A stretch of 64,000 nt of DNA from the human T2T-CHM13v2.0 reference genome, Homo sapiens: NCBI RefSeq assembly GCF_009914755.1, contig NC_060930.1; one strand, 5' to 3'. Numbering within the stretch: the first letter of the stretch is position 1; every line of letters starts with the position of its first letter. The translations under genes and the position numbers were made by a program. The notes under the pieces were generated by a model. It had not been told where the DNA came from and ran no database searches. It was given only the letters and a program-made list of their open reading frames with translations. Shown here in pieces: positions 41,253-55,944 of the stretch.

Positions 41253-44200
41253 CCTTTTGTCAATATAATTCTTAGTTCTATTACCAAAATCTGATTGTCA
41301 GAGAGGTCCAAGCTAAGCTGTGTGTTTAGACTAAATGGAACACAGTGGCAGCCACCCATGGATTTAACAATTCCACACTATTTCCAAGTAGTTACCAACA
41401 AGCCTTTGATCTCCAGTTCTCTTTTGTCCAAGAAAAAGCCATCTTAGATACAGATCTGATCTCTATAATGAACTGGTATTCAGAATTTTTTTTAAAAAAA
41501 GAAAACTTCATTAATCTTGCTTTTTTACCTGGAATTCCTGGTGATCTCTTTCAAGAACTATATTTGTAGATAAATATATCTAACTCCGAAGCTACATTTT
41601 ACAGGAAAATCACTTTAGGAAGAGTCTCAATCTCCCTGTAGCAAGTTTAACCAAAGCTGATTGTGGGGAATTTTAGGTCTGAGTATTTCCATTCCTGTTG
41701 TTTTTAAGTATAATGAGTATGCACAATACCTAAATAAAAATATAAGAACCGGGCAAAATTAAGACATACTTGTTAATAACAAAATCATAATTTAATAACA
41801 ATTCATAATAGTGTTAGTGTAGCTTTTGTTTCCCAGTATCCTTTTTCAGGGATATCTGAGATATTTTCATTTCTCAGAGCCAGAATTCTCTCCTCCTAAA
41901 ATCTGGTCACTGGCAATATATTTCTTTTAGACTACCAAACAGACATATTCACTTGTATTCCATAATGACAGCTTTTAATGTGAAAAACTGAAGGGATCCC
42001 AAATGAATGTGCTAAAGTTGCTTATTTAAGTAGCATTAAGCAAATATAGTAATTTTACTCCTTTACTTAAGATCTATAATTGCTCCTTATTACCAAAAAG
42101 ATAAGTACTCAACTCATTAGGGCATAAATTTCTTCATGATTTTGTCCTTGTCAATTTCTCCAGTCTCCTCATTCCACATGTGCCTATGCTCCAGCTCCAT
42201 GGAACTACTTAACAGTTCTGCACTGGAAGATTATAATTATCAGTATCATTAGCAGTGTTTTTAATTTTGACAGAAGCCCACCTGTCTCAATGAGTTGTAA
42301 CTAATTAGTCCCATTTTATAACATGAGCCATGCATTACTATCTGCTAAAATAATACCAAAAAGCATTATATAAAGTGTCCTATGACTAAAGAGATGTGTA
42401 TATGCTTTTTCCAATACTATTTATGTAGTATAAAAGTAAATAAGCTTCTAAATAAGAGACAGATGAACCATTTCCCATTAGTGGCAGCATTAGCCAGCAA
42501 GTGCTACAGAAGGAAGAAGTAATGTCTTTTGTTACCATTTTAGGTAAATCAAATTAGACCCTAGGCTAGAAATTAGCTTGCTAAATCGTATATTACCTAT
42601 CTTCTTCAGAGGCATTTGGCTGATCATATAAGACATTTTTGGAATTCATTAATTTTAACACAGTAAAGATTAACTATAAAGCTCATGATCACTGTCTTGT
42701 ATTTAGTATACTAAACAACTCATAAATTGTATAATAATTCTGACAACACTTATGTAACAATGAGATTTTTCTCACTCCAAAGTCCCCATAAATATCAGTT
42801 GTGGAAATACATGAGCGTATACCTGGTAGTTTTCATTTGTGGCATTAGATATATTTATTTTAAGAACTGACAACTTTGGCCAAAGTTCTAGATTACCCTT
42901 AAAAGTGTAAGATAATAATTTCCATTGAGTTATTTTTTTGGATTTAGGTTTATGTAGAATGTAAAGTGCATCAGAATTTCATTAAGGTCACCTATCCTGT
43001 GGTATGAATTTAGTGCAACAAAATTTCACATTCTGTATCTTCTCTCAGTTCATTTTTTTCCACTTATCTTTGAACTTCTATATATTTACTTTCTTTATTT
43101 TATCAAGATGTGGCAGGACACATACCACAGTATTTGGATACAAATATCTGGATAACTCTGGAAATACAACATTCTCTTAGTACAAAACCACTGAAATGAG
43201 GACTCAGGAATCGTGCATTTCCAGCACTTGACCTCACCGATTGCTTTATAAAAAGATCTCATTTTGTATATAACCAGGTGAAATTAACCCCAACTGAAAT
43301 TACATTGAAACCCATCTGTCAGCCAAACCATTTGAGGTTATATCACAGAATTAATCGTTTCTGTCATTGTCAGCAAAATCAAATACTCATATTAATCCAT
43401 ATCATGAAATAATAAAAGTAGAAATAAAGTTGGAACACTAAAAGAGATTTCTCAAGAATTTGAAATATAGGTTTTAACAAACATTTGTTGAAATTAATCA
43501 AATCTCAGCTGGAATCTAACCTATCTGAAATTCTGATAAATTTTTTTGGGGGGTTAGTGGACTTATTTTTAGCAAGTATTGCTTTATTATCTTTGATTCC
43601 TACATCTAGCATAGTGCTTAAAACATGGTTATACTCAATTAGTATTGGCTAAATTAAATTATTAGAATATGTTTAATACATGAAAGTATCCACAAGTATG
43701 TGTACATTATTGTCAAAAATAAAACAAATTTCATAGAAAAATAAATGACAAATACATAGAAAATATATAGTAAAATTTTTCTCTAGAGAGAAACCATTCT
43801 CTCTAAAAACAAATACATGTAAAACTGATACCTTGGTCAGCTTTACCTGTGTCATACTGACATTCAATCATGCCTTACAGGCAAGCAAGCAAAAAGCAAG
43901 AAATCAAAGCTTGAGTATAAACACTAAAATTACATGAAACAAACCTGATTTTCATACACTGCCATATATTGTGTCTTCCAAGAAAACTCAAAGGAAAGAC
44001 TCATTAGTAATTTACAATTTTATATTTGCATTTTCCATGCCATTTGCAGTAAGTGTACTTTGTTCAACCTAATTTTAAAAAACACATTCAGTGCTATGAA
44101 ATTTTCACAAAAAATACCACTTACTTTCTAATTTTATAAATTATTTCTTACAAATATGTAATTCACCAAAGAATATGGAATATTTTAATGCTTTTTAAAA

Positions 44201-47129
44201 AACACAGTGGTATTTTTAGTATGTTTGGGATCTAGCAGCTACTGTAATATCAATTCTTTTTTCCATTACTTCAGTTATCAACTACATTTTTTGAAAATAT
44301 TTTTAAAAATAAGAGTTGCTGCATATTGTCTCAACCAAATATTACTGATACATGATTAATGTTTACTGTAATGGAAACAACAAACTATTTTTGTTTAGCA
44401 GAGTGATAATCTGTTAATTCCCACTAGAATAATTCATATCAATTGTTTTCATATTTTATGATCCAAACATATTACTGCAAATACAACAATATTTTTCTTA
44501 ACTTTGTAACAGGAAAATCTGAGCATCTCTTCACAAAGGTACATAATATAGTGAATGCTTTGTGTTTCTTATAAAATGAAGTTACTTTAAATACTAATGT
44601 CTATTTACTAAATTCTCTTAATTACTACTTCATATTCAATAATTTATAAAAATGTGCATCAAGCCTTGAGGTGAAATGGTCTTGACACACTGGTTTTACA
44701 TCCTTGCCATAGAGTAACATTTATAATTAATTCTTGCACCTAAATGAATAGCATATTTTGTGCAAATCAGAAAATGCTTTAATTTCAGGGATATCATTTT
44801 AACCTCCAGGATGAAAGCCATGGGACATCATTGTCCTTATTGTTATCAAATAAAAGCTCTAGGGGAAGCTTGGATTTTCAAAATGCAGAGTCAGGTACAC
44901 GGTTTTGCACAAAATGCAATCTGAAAACATCAACCAGATATTATTTCTCATTTGACGTCAACCTGCCTTTATCTGACATGTAAATTGGGTATACAGCCAA
45001 ATACACAGAAAAAAGATGTAAACAATATATATTCTTTATGAGCACCTGAAATTATGTCCCAAAGTCAGCAAATATAGGAAATGATTGAGTCACATCATTT
45101 TTTGAAAAAATACTAACTGATCACTTTAATATGCTTTATGTTCCTTAACGCTAGTTTTAAAAATAATAATTATCAGCATTTCAGGCATCTGCCAAAGGGC
45201 TCTTTGTTGTGACATGTCAAACCAAAAATGCTTATTACCTATTCCTTTAATCAAAAACTCTAAGACCAAAATGAATATATCCATAATCATTTTTTATTCT
45301 ATGTACTCGAATATAGCAGTTACATTCCAATTTAAACAGAAAGCCAGTTTGTTTCTTCCCATAGTGATTTTCAAATTCAACTTGGTGACTTTTTGAATCT
45401 ACAAAAGAGCATGGGTTGGCTATTTTCTTTTCCTTTACTATAGCCTTTATCCTTTCTTATCCCAACAGGCCTCTCTTTTTGCAAGAATTCACAAAAGACC
45501 GTTAACAGTTTCAAATGATCTTATTATTATTGTGACATGCAATAATTGACCGATTTTACACTTATTGAGACATATAGAGTAGGGATTTATTACCACATCA
45601 TTCCGACTGCCTTTCTTTTTTTCTGAAATACATATTTTGAATCATATATATGATAAATATATATTTATCATCCAATTTATTAGGCCTTTTTCCTATTGCT
45701 TATTATAGTCATTGAATCAAAAAGCTAACATGAAGCTCAAAAATTAGGTGGCATTAAAGGTCCTGCTGTCTTCCTAGGAGTCCCACAAATACAACTTCAC
45801 ATGACTAACAATTGAATAGCTAGTATCCTGTTTCACATCCCTGCCCCTACCCACTGAAACTCATCAGATTAACAATTTCAACTATCTAATATGAAGATAT
45901 GTTCTAAAACACAAATAGATCTTCAGGAGTAATCACAGGAAATTTGCATTTTTGTTAAAAGAGAATGATTAAGTGAGCTTGGGCTCACAAACTATCAGAG
46001 AACTATTAAGCTTAAAGTTTTACTTACAACTTAACTAAAAGATGCAATGGGGACCCTCGGAATACTGTTGTTGCAATATACACTAAAATATTATTTATCT
46101 AGAAAATGAGCTATTTGATCTTGTTCATACAATAAGTGATTAAATGATAGAGGGAAAGGATAACATAGACCACTGAAAAGACTGTCTCCTGCATGCCACC
46201 TTTGCTAAAAGAGCAGCTATGTCCTTTAATTACAAACCAAATTTGCTAATTAATTAGTTTCCACTTTGATAGGCAGAAATAACAGGATTACAGTGAGAGG
46301 AGTGTGTGTATGTCTGTGTATGTGTATGTGTATGTGTGTGTATTTGAGACATATCATTAGTAGTGAAATTAAATGAACTCCTCCAGATTTAACACATAAA
46401 GATGAATTTAAAAAGATGGAACATTTTAAAAAGTTAAAGCTAATTGAGGAAGGATTAAGAAAATGAATCAGCTAAGTGTTATATTTTCAAATACATTTAG
46501 TTTAACCAACCCCAAAGCCTATAAATATTACAATAGTAAAATGAAAGACCTTGTGACTATTTCACAAAAATTCTTTTCTTATTTTCTTTCTCAATTAGGA
46601 GTATCTTGTATTCACCTGTTCATTGCAGGCTTTTAGCTCCCAGCAGCAAATGGAAAGGCAGAACATGGCAATGGGCCTTTTGAAACCAAAAGAAAAGATT
46701 GTCACTCCCAAACTACCAGCTATTTCTCTTTTGAATACAAACATACTATTTGAAATAATTCATTTAGCTTTTTCTAAAAGCACCTTGTATAACCTTGCAA
46801 GTGGTGATTTGTAATATGGCAGGCTGTTATCAGGCAGCTACAATATTTTACCTCAGCTCAATAAAGAACAGCATTATTCTAAAGTTCATTCACACAGAAA
46901 CATTTCAGGGGTGGTATTTTCCAAGCCTAGTTCATGTTTATTCATTTCTTGATTTGGGGGTGGTGTGGGAGGAGGAGATGGGGCTGACAAGCCATCTTCC
47001 TCCTCACTTAGGTGACTGACTTTCAACTCACGAAGGACTCTGGCAGGTTTTATCTGTATTACACAGCCAAAAGGGATTAAAATAATCTTACATTATAGCA
47101 TCCTATGCATTGCAGTGTCTGCATTTGAC

Positions 47130-47540
47130 TACCTTCCCTTATCCTTTTGGCTTCAGTGCACATCTGTCCACCTTCTACGAGCCAGGGCCTATATATTTCT
47201 TGCTTGAGGGCTGGCTCTGGCTGGCAGAGCCTGCTTCTTTGCCCCTACATGACAAGCATGACATATCAGCGAATTATTGCCTCCTAGGAGCTGCTCTCAA
47301 TCTAAGGCTGATGAAATTCAAGTAAATATCTTAGCTCCCTCACCTCTCCACTTGTGTATGCTTACCTTCTAAAGTTTCCCAGTGTGATTAAGCACCAGTT
47401 ACCAATAGCAGTAACTTGCTTGAAAATAAATTCTATGTGGGCTCCTTTTTTTGCAGGTCTAGTTTCCTCATTTCCTGAGATCACCTCAAAAATAAATTAC
47501 CTGCATTTCAAATGATTTGTCTCAAAGTCTACTATTTCTG
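47130..47540 (+). mobile_element. LTR16-like (ERVL) LTR fragment
   Basis: 'cctgagatcacctcaaaaataaattacctgcatttcaaat...tgtctcaaagtc...tctggggg...taagaca'; a second LTR16-like end lies at ~47905-47957. Confidence 0.55.
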
Positions 47541-49869
47541 GGGGAATTTGTAAGACACTGTGCACCTCTTACTAAATAAGTTTGGGCCTAACTTCAGCCA
47601 AAATGAATGAAGGGCAAACCTGAGATACATATTTACCCTAACACACAAGCAAAAATAAAGATGTCAACAGAGAATAACTGCATTTTTTCTCCTTATTTTT
47701 ATCTCCGAGGATTAGTAGAGTTTGAAAAGGAAAAAATTTAAATAATAGTGTACAATATACAGATGTTTTTAATTTATACATAATTACAATTAGACTAGCA
47801 AACATTCAAATAAAAAATATTTTTTCTTTAGAAATTAATAAGGTTTGTTTGGCATCTTAGCTAGTTTCAGTGCTGGGAATTAGTAGTAGTACAAGTAAGT
47901 TTCTACACTCAAGTCCTAATTTCAATGTCTGCTTCTGGGAGAACCCAAACTGAAACATTATAAGAGATTGCTGTTATCCTATGACCAGTCCTGTTCTCCT
48001 TTGCAACCCTTTTGGTTTCAAATAACATAAACCAATTGAAGCCATCTTAAACAATCATCAGAAAAGGACATATCTTGCAAAAATTCCGGGGTTTCTCAAG
48101 AGACCAAGGTCAGCCAGGCCCCTTGAAAGACTTTGTTGGAAGGCCACAGGAAAACAAGGAAATTCTCCTTCATCTCTACCTCACTGTTCTGTTCTGTCTG
48201 AAGATTAGACCTACAGCTCCAAAGTTTACATGTCCTCTATATTAGGAATCAGCCCAAACTGGTTTGCTTCCTCTCAGTTTTAATGCCAAGTTCCCATCAG
48301 AAACAGTCTTTTAGCTGCTCTGAGCCATTTGGCTGCAGCCAGGTGAACAAGGGTCCAAAATAAAAGTGTTCAGAGAAGGAGACAGGGGTTCTAAAATGGG
48401 TCAAAACAAACTTGGACAATCTCCTTAAAAATCTCATAAAACATCAATGATATAATAATAACACATACTAGGGAATAGAAAGTGGAGCACGTAAGCAAAT
48501 TGTATTTATTTTTTGTTTGTAACTGGGAGTCAAAATGAGCTACAGACTAAGTCAAAATGAGCTAAAGACTAATGATAAATGTGGAAATGCACCAGAGATT
48601 TTATTCTCTCCTATTCCCCCCATGTGGATCTTAAACTGACTAGTACTGCAAAAATTTGATAAAAGTATAAAAAGATGCTTTCAGGGATTCAAATCTATCA
48701 ACTACTACTTAATATCAAATCATACATTCATACACAAAATATTTTGTGATTAAATTTCAAAATTGTTTTGCTTTAATGATAATAAATTATTGTTCAATAC
48801 TATGAAATTGTAAAAACATAAGACGAAATCGATATTTATATGTTATCTAGGCAAAAGTTCCATTTTCAAGAAAGTATCAACACATAGCTTTTGAAGAAAA
48901 CAAAGTATTTTTCTTTTCTCATAAATTTCTATAGAGGGTATTAATCCTATGGGAACACATTTCAGTATTTTATAATTTTGTATTGCTTGATAGCATCTAA
49001 ATTCATTTCTCTTCCTGTCCTAAATGCAAACAAAGATTTTCCACTGCAACACTATCCTAAACCCCATTATACAGGTTCATTTGCTTTTGGGGGTAGTAGC
49101 TTTCATGCCCATAAAAACATACTTCTTTGAGAATTACCTCACCAAATGCCAGCACTGATATATTCTGTCAGTCTAGATCATTGTTAAATCTTCTTTTTGG
49201 TTATTAGTGTTGACATGATGAGTACATACATGCTTACTAAATGATAGTGGTTTAGTACTTGAGGGATAAGCATAAAGCCACCAGTCACTTATGCTGTTGG
49301 GCAATTTCAAGAAATTTATGTCACATTTCAGGGTGACAGCAATGCTGGCCGCTAACATGCCCCTGAAGATGAAGATATAAAGATGAGCTATCATCGTGGA
49401 TGCAGATGTAGGTCTCAGTTGTTAGTCTACAAGTACATCTACTCTACCAAGGGTGGAGATGCCAATTCTGTTTGTATAAAATATATTGTTTTCTTGAAAA
49501 AGTGTAAAAACCATACAACATACTGTCTAAGCTTACACGGTCCTTTTTAATGGAAATGTTTAACGTGTTAATAGAGGAAAAAATGTTTCCTCAATTTTTT
49601 TTCACACCAGAGCCTACTTTGCTACTCAGGACAGTGCAGTGCTTAGGATTTACTAGATAGGATTACATAGCTATGTATAAATTTAAAGTAGAGTATAAAC
49701 AAATACCATGCTTAATAATCTCAACAGAGTCACTGTCTCCTTCAGAATTAAAACAGTCATGCAGAGGGTCAATATTGAAAAACAATTCATATATTCATAA
49801 AACACTATAAAATTTATTTTGGCAGATTTCATATATTTAAACACAAACCTTCATTGTATTTACACTGTA

Positions 49870-51176
49870 TTTTTGAACAATTTAAACACAGCATTGGGCA
49901 GAGAAAATTTTTTTCAGCAAATGATTCTGGAACAACTGGATATTCCAATTAAAAAATACTTTGACTATCTTGACAACACATACAAAAATTATTTCTAGAT
50001 GGGACATAAACCTATACTTAAAAGCTAAAACCATAAAGCTTCTAGAAGAAAATATTGAGAATAACTCTGTGACCTTGATATAGGCAAAGATTTCTTAGAG
50101 AGGACACACATAGGACTAAGTATGAAAAAATTATAAATTGACTTCAGCAAAATTAATAACTTCTCCTCTCTGAAAGATGAAAATATTAAAAGCTGAGCCA
50201 CATATTAGGGAAAAATATCACAAAACATATTTGTAACAAACGATGCAAACCCAGAACACAAATAACTGCAACAAGAATAAAAGACCCACAATCCAATTAA
50301 AATTTTTTCTCAGCATTCTAGGCACTCATTTCAAATAAGAATACATATAAATGAGCCCCCCAAAAGCACATGAAAGCATGCTCTTCAATATTAATATTCA
50401 AGGAGATGCAAATCAAAACCACAGTAAGTTACCACTGCAAACCACTGAAGTGGCTGTTGTTAAAAAGACTGAGAACGTCAAATGTTGGCAAGGAAATGCA
50501 ACAGCCAGAATTTTCATACATCCCTGGTAAGACAGTGAGATAGTATAAGCATTCTAGAAAACTGTTTGGCAATTCCATATATTATAATAAAAGGTTAAGC
50601 ATATATATGCTCTAAGACCCAGCAATTACACTCCATGCAAAGAAAACATGTCTATAAAAATCCTGTACATGAACTTTTATAACAACTTATCTATAATCAG
50701 CTAACACTGAAAGGAGCCCATATGTACAGTCATGATACTGAATAAACAAAATGGTACATATTTGGTCAACGGTGTACTTCTACTTCTCAGCTATAAAAGA
50801 AATAAACTATTAATAAATGCAACAACATGGATGACTGTCCAAGGATATACTGAACCTAAGAAAAAGGAAGAGTATACACTACATTATTCCACTCATATGA
50901 AGTTGAAGAACAAAATTTTCTCTAATAACAGAAATCAGAATAGGTGGTTCTTAAAGGAATTGGAGGCGATATAGTTTGAATATTTGTCCCCTCCAAAATC
51001 TTATGTTAAAATGTGATCCACAGTGTTGGAGTTGGAGCCTGCTGGGAGGTGTTTGGATCCATGGGAGTGGATCCCTCATTAATGGCTTGGTGCCTTTCCT
51101 ACAGTAAAGAGTAAGTTCTCACTCTATTAGTTCACACAAGAGCTGGTTGTTTAAAAGGGTGTGGAACCCCATCTCT

Positions 51177-51214
<38 letters not shown>

Positions 51215-51610
51215 CCCCACCCACCCCCCGCCCACCTTTCTCTCTCTCGCCATGTGACATATCAGCTCCTCTTCCATTTCTGCCATGATTGGAAGCTTCC
51301 TGAGGTCCTCACCAGAAGCAGATGCTGGTATTATGCTTCCTGTGAGGCCTGCAAAACTGTAAGCCAAATAAACCTATTTTCTTTATAAATTACCCAGCCT
51401 TGAGTATTCCTTTATAACGATACAAAAAAGACTGAGACAGCAGGTTATGGAAAGGGGTCACAAGGGAAGTCTCTGGGCTGATAGAAATGTTCTCTACTTT
51501 GCCACGGGTATTGTTCACACAAGACTATACAATTACCAAAACTCATTAAGTTTTATACTTAAAAACTGCATTTCACTGTTGATATATTTTACCTCAACTT
51601 TTTTAAAGTA
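49870..51610 (+). mobile_element. L1M (MB/MC/ME) ORF2 3' region and 3' UTR, split by an MST LTR
   Basis: 'cagcaaatgattctggaacaactggata', 'ataggcaaagatttcttaga', 'gatgcaaatcaaaaccaca', 'gacccagcaattacactcc', 'atgcaacaacatggatga'. Confidence 0.8.
50967..51439 (+). mobile_element. MSTB-like MaLR solo LTR
   Basis: cgatatagtttgaatatttgtcccctccaaa...aaataaacctattttctttataaattacccagcc...gactgagaca; TSD ggagg/gcagg; internal (TC)n at ~51172-51213. Confidence 0.88.
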
Positions 51611-52083
51611 AGAAAACCAAAGTAGATAAGGAAAAAAATCTTTATTAATTTCTGCTATCAGATGAATATGGCATATATACTTGCATAGGATTCACGAGAT
51701 GACTGGATGACCTATGAGATCGTTGGTAAGAACCTATGTCATAGATGAGGAAAGAAAGGCTCAAAGAGATTTAGAAATTGGCCCACTGTCACAAAGCTAC
51801 CAGGTTAGCAGATCTGGCACTCAAACAGTAATATTTTGACTTTACCTACCATGTTTTTTCTACTATAACGGTAGCTTTCAGCATTTTTTACCATATTCCA
51901 CAGTAAGAAATGCATTTTATATAATGACCTGGTAAATCCACAAACAAATTCCATATACACACACAAATTATAATAAATGTGTCAGAAAGTTATGTTTAAC
52001 CTTAAGTATATATATAGTATACATACATATATACACACAGGTATGCGTATGTATGAATAAATATGTATGTGTATGTGTATATA

Positions 52084-53231
52084 TAGTCATATGCCACATA
52101 ATGTTGTTTCAATCAACAATAAACCACATATAACATCGTGGTCCCACAGGATTACAATGGAGCTGAAAAACTCCTAAGGTTTAGCCATCCTAATATCTAG
52201 CACAATGCATTACTCATGTGTTTGTGGTGATGCCGGTGTTAGCAAACCTACTGTGCTGCCAGTAGTATAAAAGTATAGCACACACAATCATGTATAGTTT
52301 ATAATACTTGATAATAATAAATGTGTTACTATTTTATGTATGTATTATACAATACTTTTTACTGTTATTTTAGAATATGCTCCTCAACTTACATATTTTA
52401 AAAATTACTTGTTAAACAGGCTCAGGCAGATCCATCAGGAGATATTCCAGAGGGAGATATGATTATCATAGATGATGACAGTTCCCTATGTGTTATTGCC
52501 CCTGAAGACCTCCCAGTAGGACAAGATGTAGGGTGGTGGATGACTGTGAAATTGATGATCCTGATCTTGTATAGTCCTAGGCTAATGTGTGTAGCTGGGT
52601 CTTATTTAACAAAAAAGTTTAAAGAGCAAAAAAATAATAATAATAAATTTAAAAATCAAAAAAGCTTACAGAATGAAGATATAAAGATATTGTTTAGCTA
52701 ATTGCAAAAAGTCAAAAAGCTTTTAAAAATTAAAAAGCTTATAAAGTAAAAAAGTTATAGTTAGCCATTAATTTATTATTGAATACTTTTTAAAAAATAA
52801 ATGTAGTGCAGTCTAACTTACAGTGTTTATAAAGTCTACAGTAGTGTACAGTAATGTCCTCGACCTTCACCTTCACTTACCACTATTGACTAACTCACCC
52901 AGAGCAACTTCCAGTCCCGCAAGCTCCATTCATGGTAAATGCCCTATATAGGTGTACCACTATTTATCTTTTATACTGTATATTTACTGTACTTTTTCTA
53001 TGTTTAGGTATACAAATACCATTGTGTTACAATTGCCTGCAGTAATCAATACAGTAACATGCTGTACAGCTTTGTAGCCTAGGAACAATAGCTGTACCAT
53101 ACAGACTGGGTGTGTGGTAGCTATTCCATTTAGGTTTGTGTGAGTACACTTTCTGATGTTCACACAATGATGAAATCGCCTAATGACACATTTCTCAGAA
53201 TAGATCTTTGGCACTGAGTAACAAATGACTG
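52084..53231 (+). mobile_element. Tigger3b-like (Golem/MER7B) DNA transposon
   Basis: Ends tagtcat.../...atgactg with flanking TA; 'gtggtcccacaggattacaatggagctgaaaa', 'ctcacccagagcaacttccagtcc'; ~1.15 kb. Confidence 0.88.
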
Positions 53232-54129
53232 TATTTGAAATGATACACAAGCACATCCTTTTTCTTAGGTCCAACACAGTCATGATTTCCTCCAATACTG
53301 AAACAGACCTATGTAGCAGGCTGAGTTGAAAGATAATACATTTATCTTTTCATACTATATCCTCAGTAAGAGAAATGCTCACATTACAAGAATCAGTAAG
53401 GATCCAACAGCATGCCCACTGAGGCATTCCATCTCATGCTCACCATGGATCATAGCTTCACTGACCCCAATGGAGGCAGTAAATTTCTGTATTGAGTATT
53501 GGAGGAAAAATACAAAGGAAAAAAGTATCAAGATGTTGGCAGTGAGTGGTCAGCAAAATCACATACGCCAAAATGTCAGTAAGAATTGTCAAAGGAGAAA
53601 GCAGACTCCTGCAATGGATATGAGAGAGGAAAAGATTCAGGATTCCAAGAACAGTCCTATAAAAGGAGTCAGAATTAATTTTACAATTTTATAATATCGT
53701 ATGTAGTTTTGTAAAAGGATGTTCCACATTACACTGAGCAAGTTAGAAAGGTGGAAGTAGACAGGATGAAGAATGGAGATATAGAGAATAGGAGACTACA
53801 GGAGTTCTGTTGTAGTTTACAGTGAGCAAAAGAAACAATATGCAGCTGTCATTACCTTTTCAGTTTAGAACTAAGAGTGTACCCAGTTTGCACATGAGGA
53901 AAAAAAAGGGATACATAAGTTAAAGTACTTCACTCAGAATAACATGGGTCTTTAATTCTAGGAAGAAATAATGGACTTAGGGAGTCTAGCTTCAGCATCT
54001 GTTTTCAGCCACTACCCTCAAATGCCTCTCTCATTTTACTGTCCCCATTTATAAATTAAATCACACAAAATTGCTATTTTTTCAGGTCAAAATGATGAAA
54101 TATTATCAATTTCATACAGTTCAACATAT

Positions 54130-55780
54130 TACTTACTCCTAGCTCTCCTCCCCTATGAAGTCAAAGTTCTTCAGTGAGTTCTCCTACCTTCTCTCATAGC
54201 CTCACTTCCTATTCATTCTTCAACTTGCAGAAATAAGGGATTTTGTCCAACCCTTCTCTCAGTCTGTTCTTTGTTGCCAAATCCATTAGAGGCCCTTAAT
54301 CCTTGTCTTACTTGATCTACTGCAACATTTGAAAATATTGAACAAATCCTTCATTCTTCAAATACCCTATTTACCCGATACTGAAATTACTTGGTCTTTC
54401 CTACCTACATTCTAGTAAAGTCCTTTTAGTCAACTTTGAAGATGAGTTTTCTCCTGTCTTTCCCTTAAATACTGTTATTCCTCAGAGTTTTATCCTAAGT
54501 GTCCTTTCTATTGCATTTTATATGTTCTCTCAGGGTGATCTCTTCTACTCCAAAGGTCAATTATCACCTAGATGCTAGTAAAACGTAAACCATTGTCTGC
54601 AGCACCATCTTTCTCCAGACCCAACTCTCCACCTGCATTTTTACTTGAACACTTCACAGTCCCTTCAGTGTGTATCCAACTGAACTCAGCATTAACCTTC
54701 TTTTAATAAATATCTCAGTAACTGACACTGTCATTAACTAATTACCAATGAGCAACCTAGATAGCCAACTTGACCACCCTTTATTTTTCAGCCCCTCTAT
54801 CCAACCCAACACTTTACATTTTACTTGAATTCTTTTATTTTTTATTTTTTTGAAATGGAGTCTCTGTCACCCAGGCTGGAGTGCAGTGGCGCGATCTCAG
54901 CTCACTCTAACCTCCGCCTTCTGGGTTCAATCAATTCTCCTGCCTCAGTCTCCTGAGTAGCAGGGACTACAGGTGTGCGCCACCACACCTGGCTAATTTT
55001 TGTATTTTTAGTAGACACGGGGTTTAACCATATTGGTCAGGCTGGTCTTGAACTCCTGACCTCGTGATCTGCCCACCTCAGCCTCCCTAGATCTGTCTAC
55101 TTTTCCCTGTCTATGATATTGTTATTTGAATCCAGGCCACTGTAACTTCTCTCTCGAACTGTTGCTGTAGCTACCTGATGGCCTGCCCATGTCTTGTACC
55201 TATCCAATCCAGTCTCCAGCAATGCAGCTACATCATACTTTAAATAAAACTCCATCACACTTGCCCCTTTTTAATACCTTTCAATGACTTAGCATTGCTT
55301 GTAGCATAAAATCCAAAATTCTTAACATATTTTACAAGGTATGTGTGATAAGCCTCTACCACTCTCTCTAGACACACTCTTCTTGATTCTTTCTCCTTTA
55401 CTATGTCTCCAATGATGCTTAACTTCTACCAATTTGAATAAATATTCTCTTTCTTATCAGATTTTAGAGATGTTGTTTACCACATCCATGTATAATTCTC
55501 TCCAATTTACAGCTGCTTCATCACTGAATCCTGGTCATATTCTACTTATTTGTAGAATCTCAACTAATATGCCCCTTCCTATGGAAGCCTTTCATCTCCA
55601 TAGGCTTGTTTAGGTGTCCTGCCCCGAACTCCTAAAGCATCATCTACTTCTCTTATCATTGTATTATGGAGATTTTTATGTATCTCCTTCCCCCTCCTCA
55701 AACTAAATGTAAATCTCAAATAGTAATGAAAAACACAAACAATAAGAACCAATTGGGTCAAGTCTGTATTGCTTCTCTTT
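54130..55780 (+). mobile_element. L2 fragment interrupted by an Alu
   Basis: Pyrimidine-rich L2 motifs 'ttgttgccaaatcca', 'ctgcaacatttga', 'ataaaatccaaaattcttaacat', 'gaagcctttc'. Confidence 0.65.
54833..55087 (-). mobile_element. AluS (Sg/Sc-like), 5'-truncated by ~30 nt
   Basis: Reverse-complement Alu ending at 'cccacctcagcctccc'; no clear TSD. Confidence 0.92.
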
Positions 55781-55783
55781 GAT

Positions 55784-55900
55784 TCCCAATTAACGTATGC
55801 TTAACAAACACAATATATACATATATCGCTCATCAAATATATACACATCCCAATTAACGTATGCTTAACAAACACAATATATACATATATCGCTCATCAA

Positions 55901-55937
<37 letters not shown>
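55784..55937 (+). repeat. Perfect tandem duplication (period 64, 56 bp identical) running into (CA)n
   Basis: tcccaattaacgtatgcttaacaaacacaatatatacatatatcgctcatcaaata at 55784 and 55848. Confidence 0.95.

Positions 55938-55944
<7 letters not shown>

Noticed and set aside
44755-44915. 12-bp inverted repeat attttgtgcaaa/tttgcacaaaat as MITE ends or a splicing stem
   Set aside because: A rough estimate gives one or a few such matches by chance in 64 kb of AT-rich DNA, and there is no TSD.
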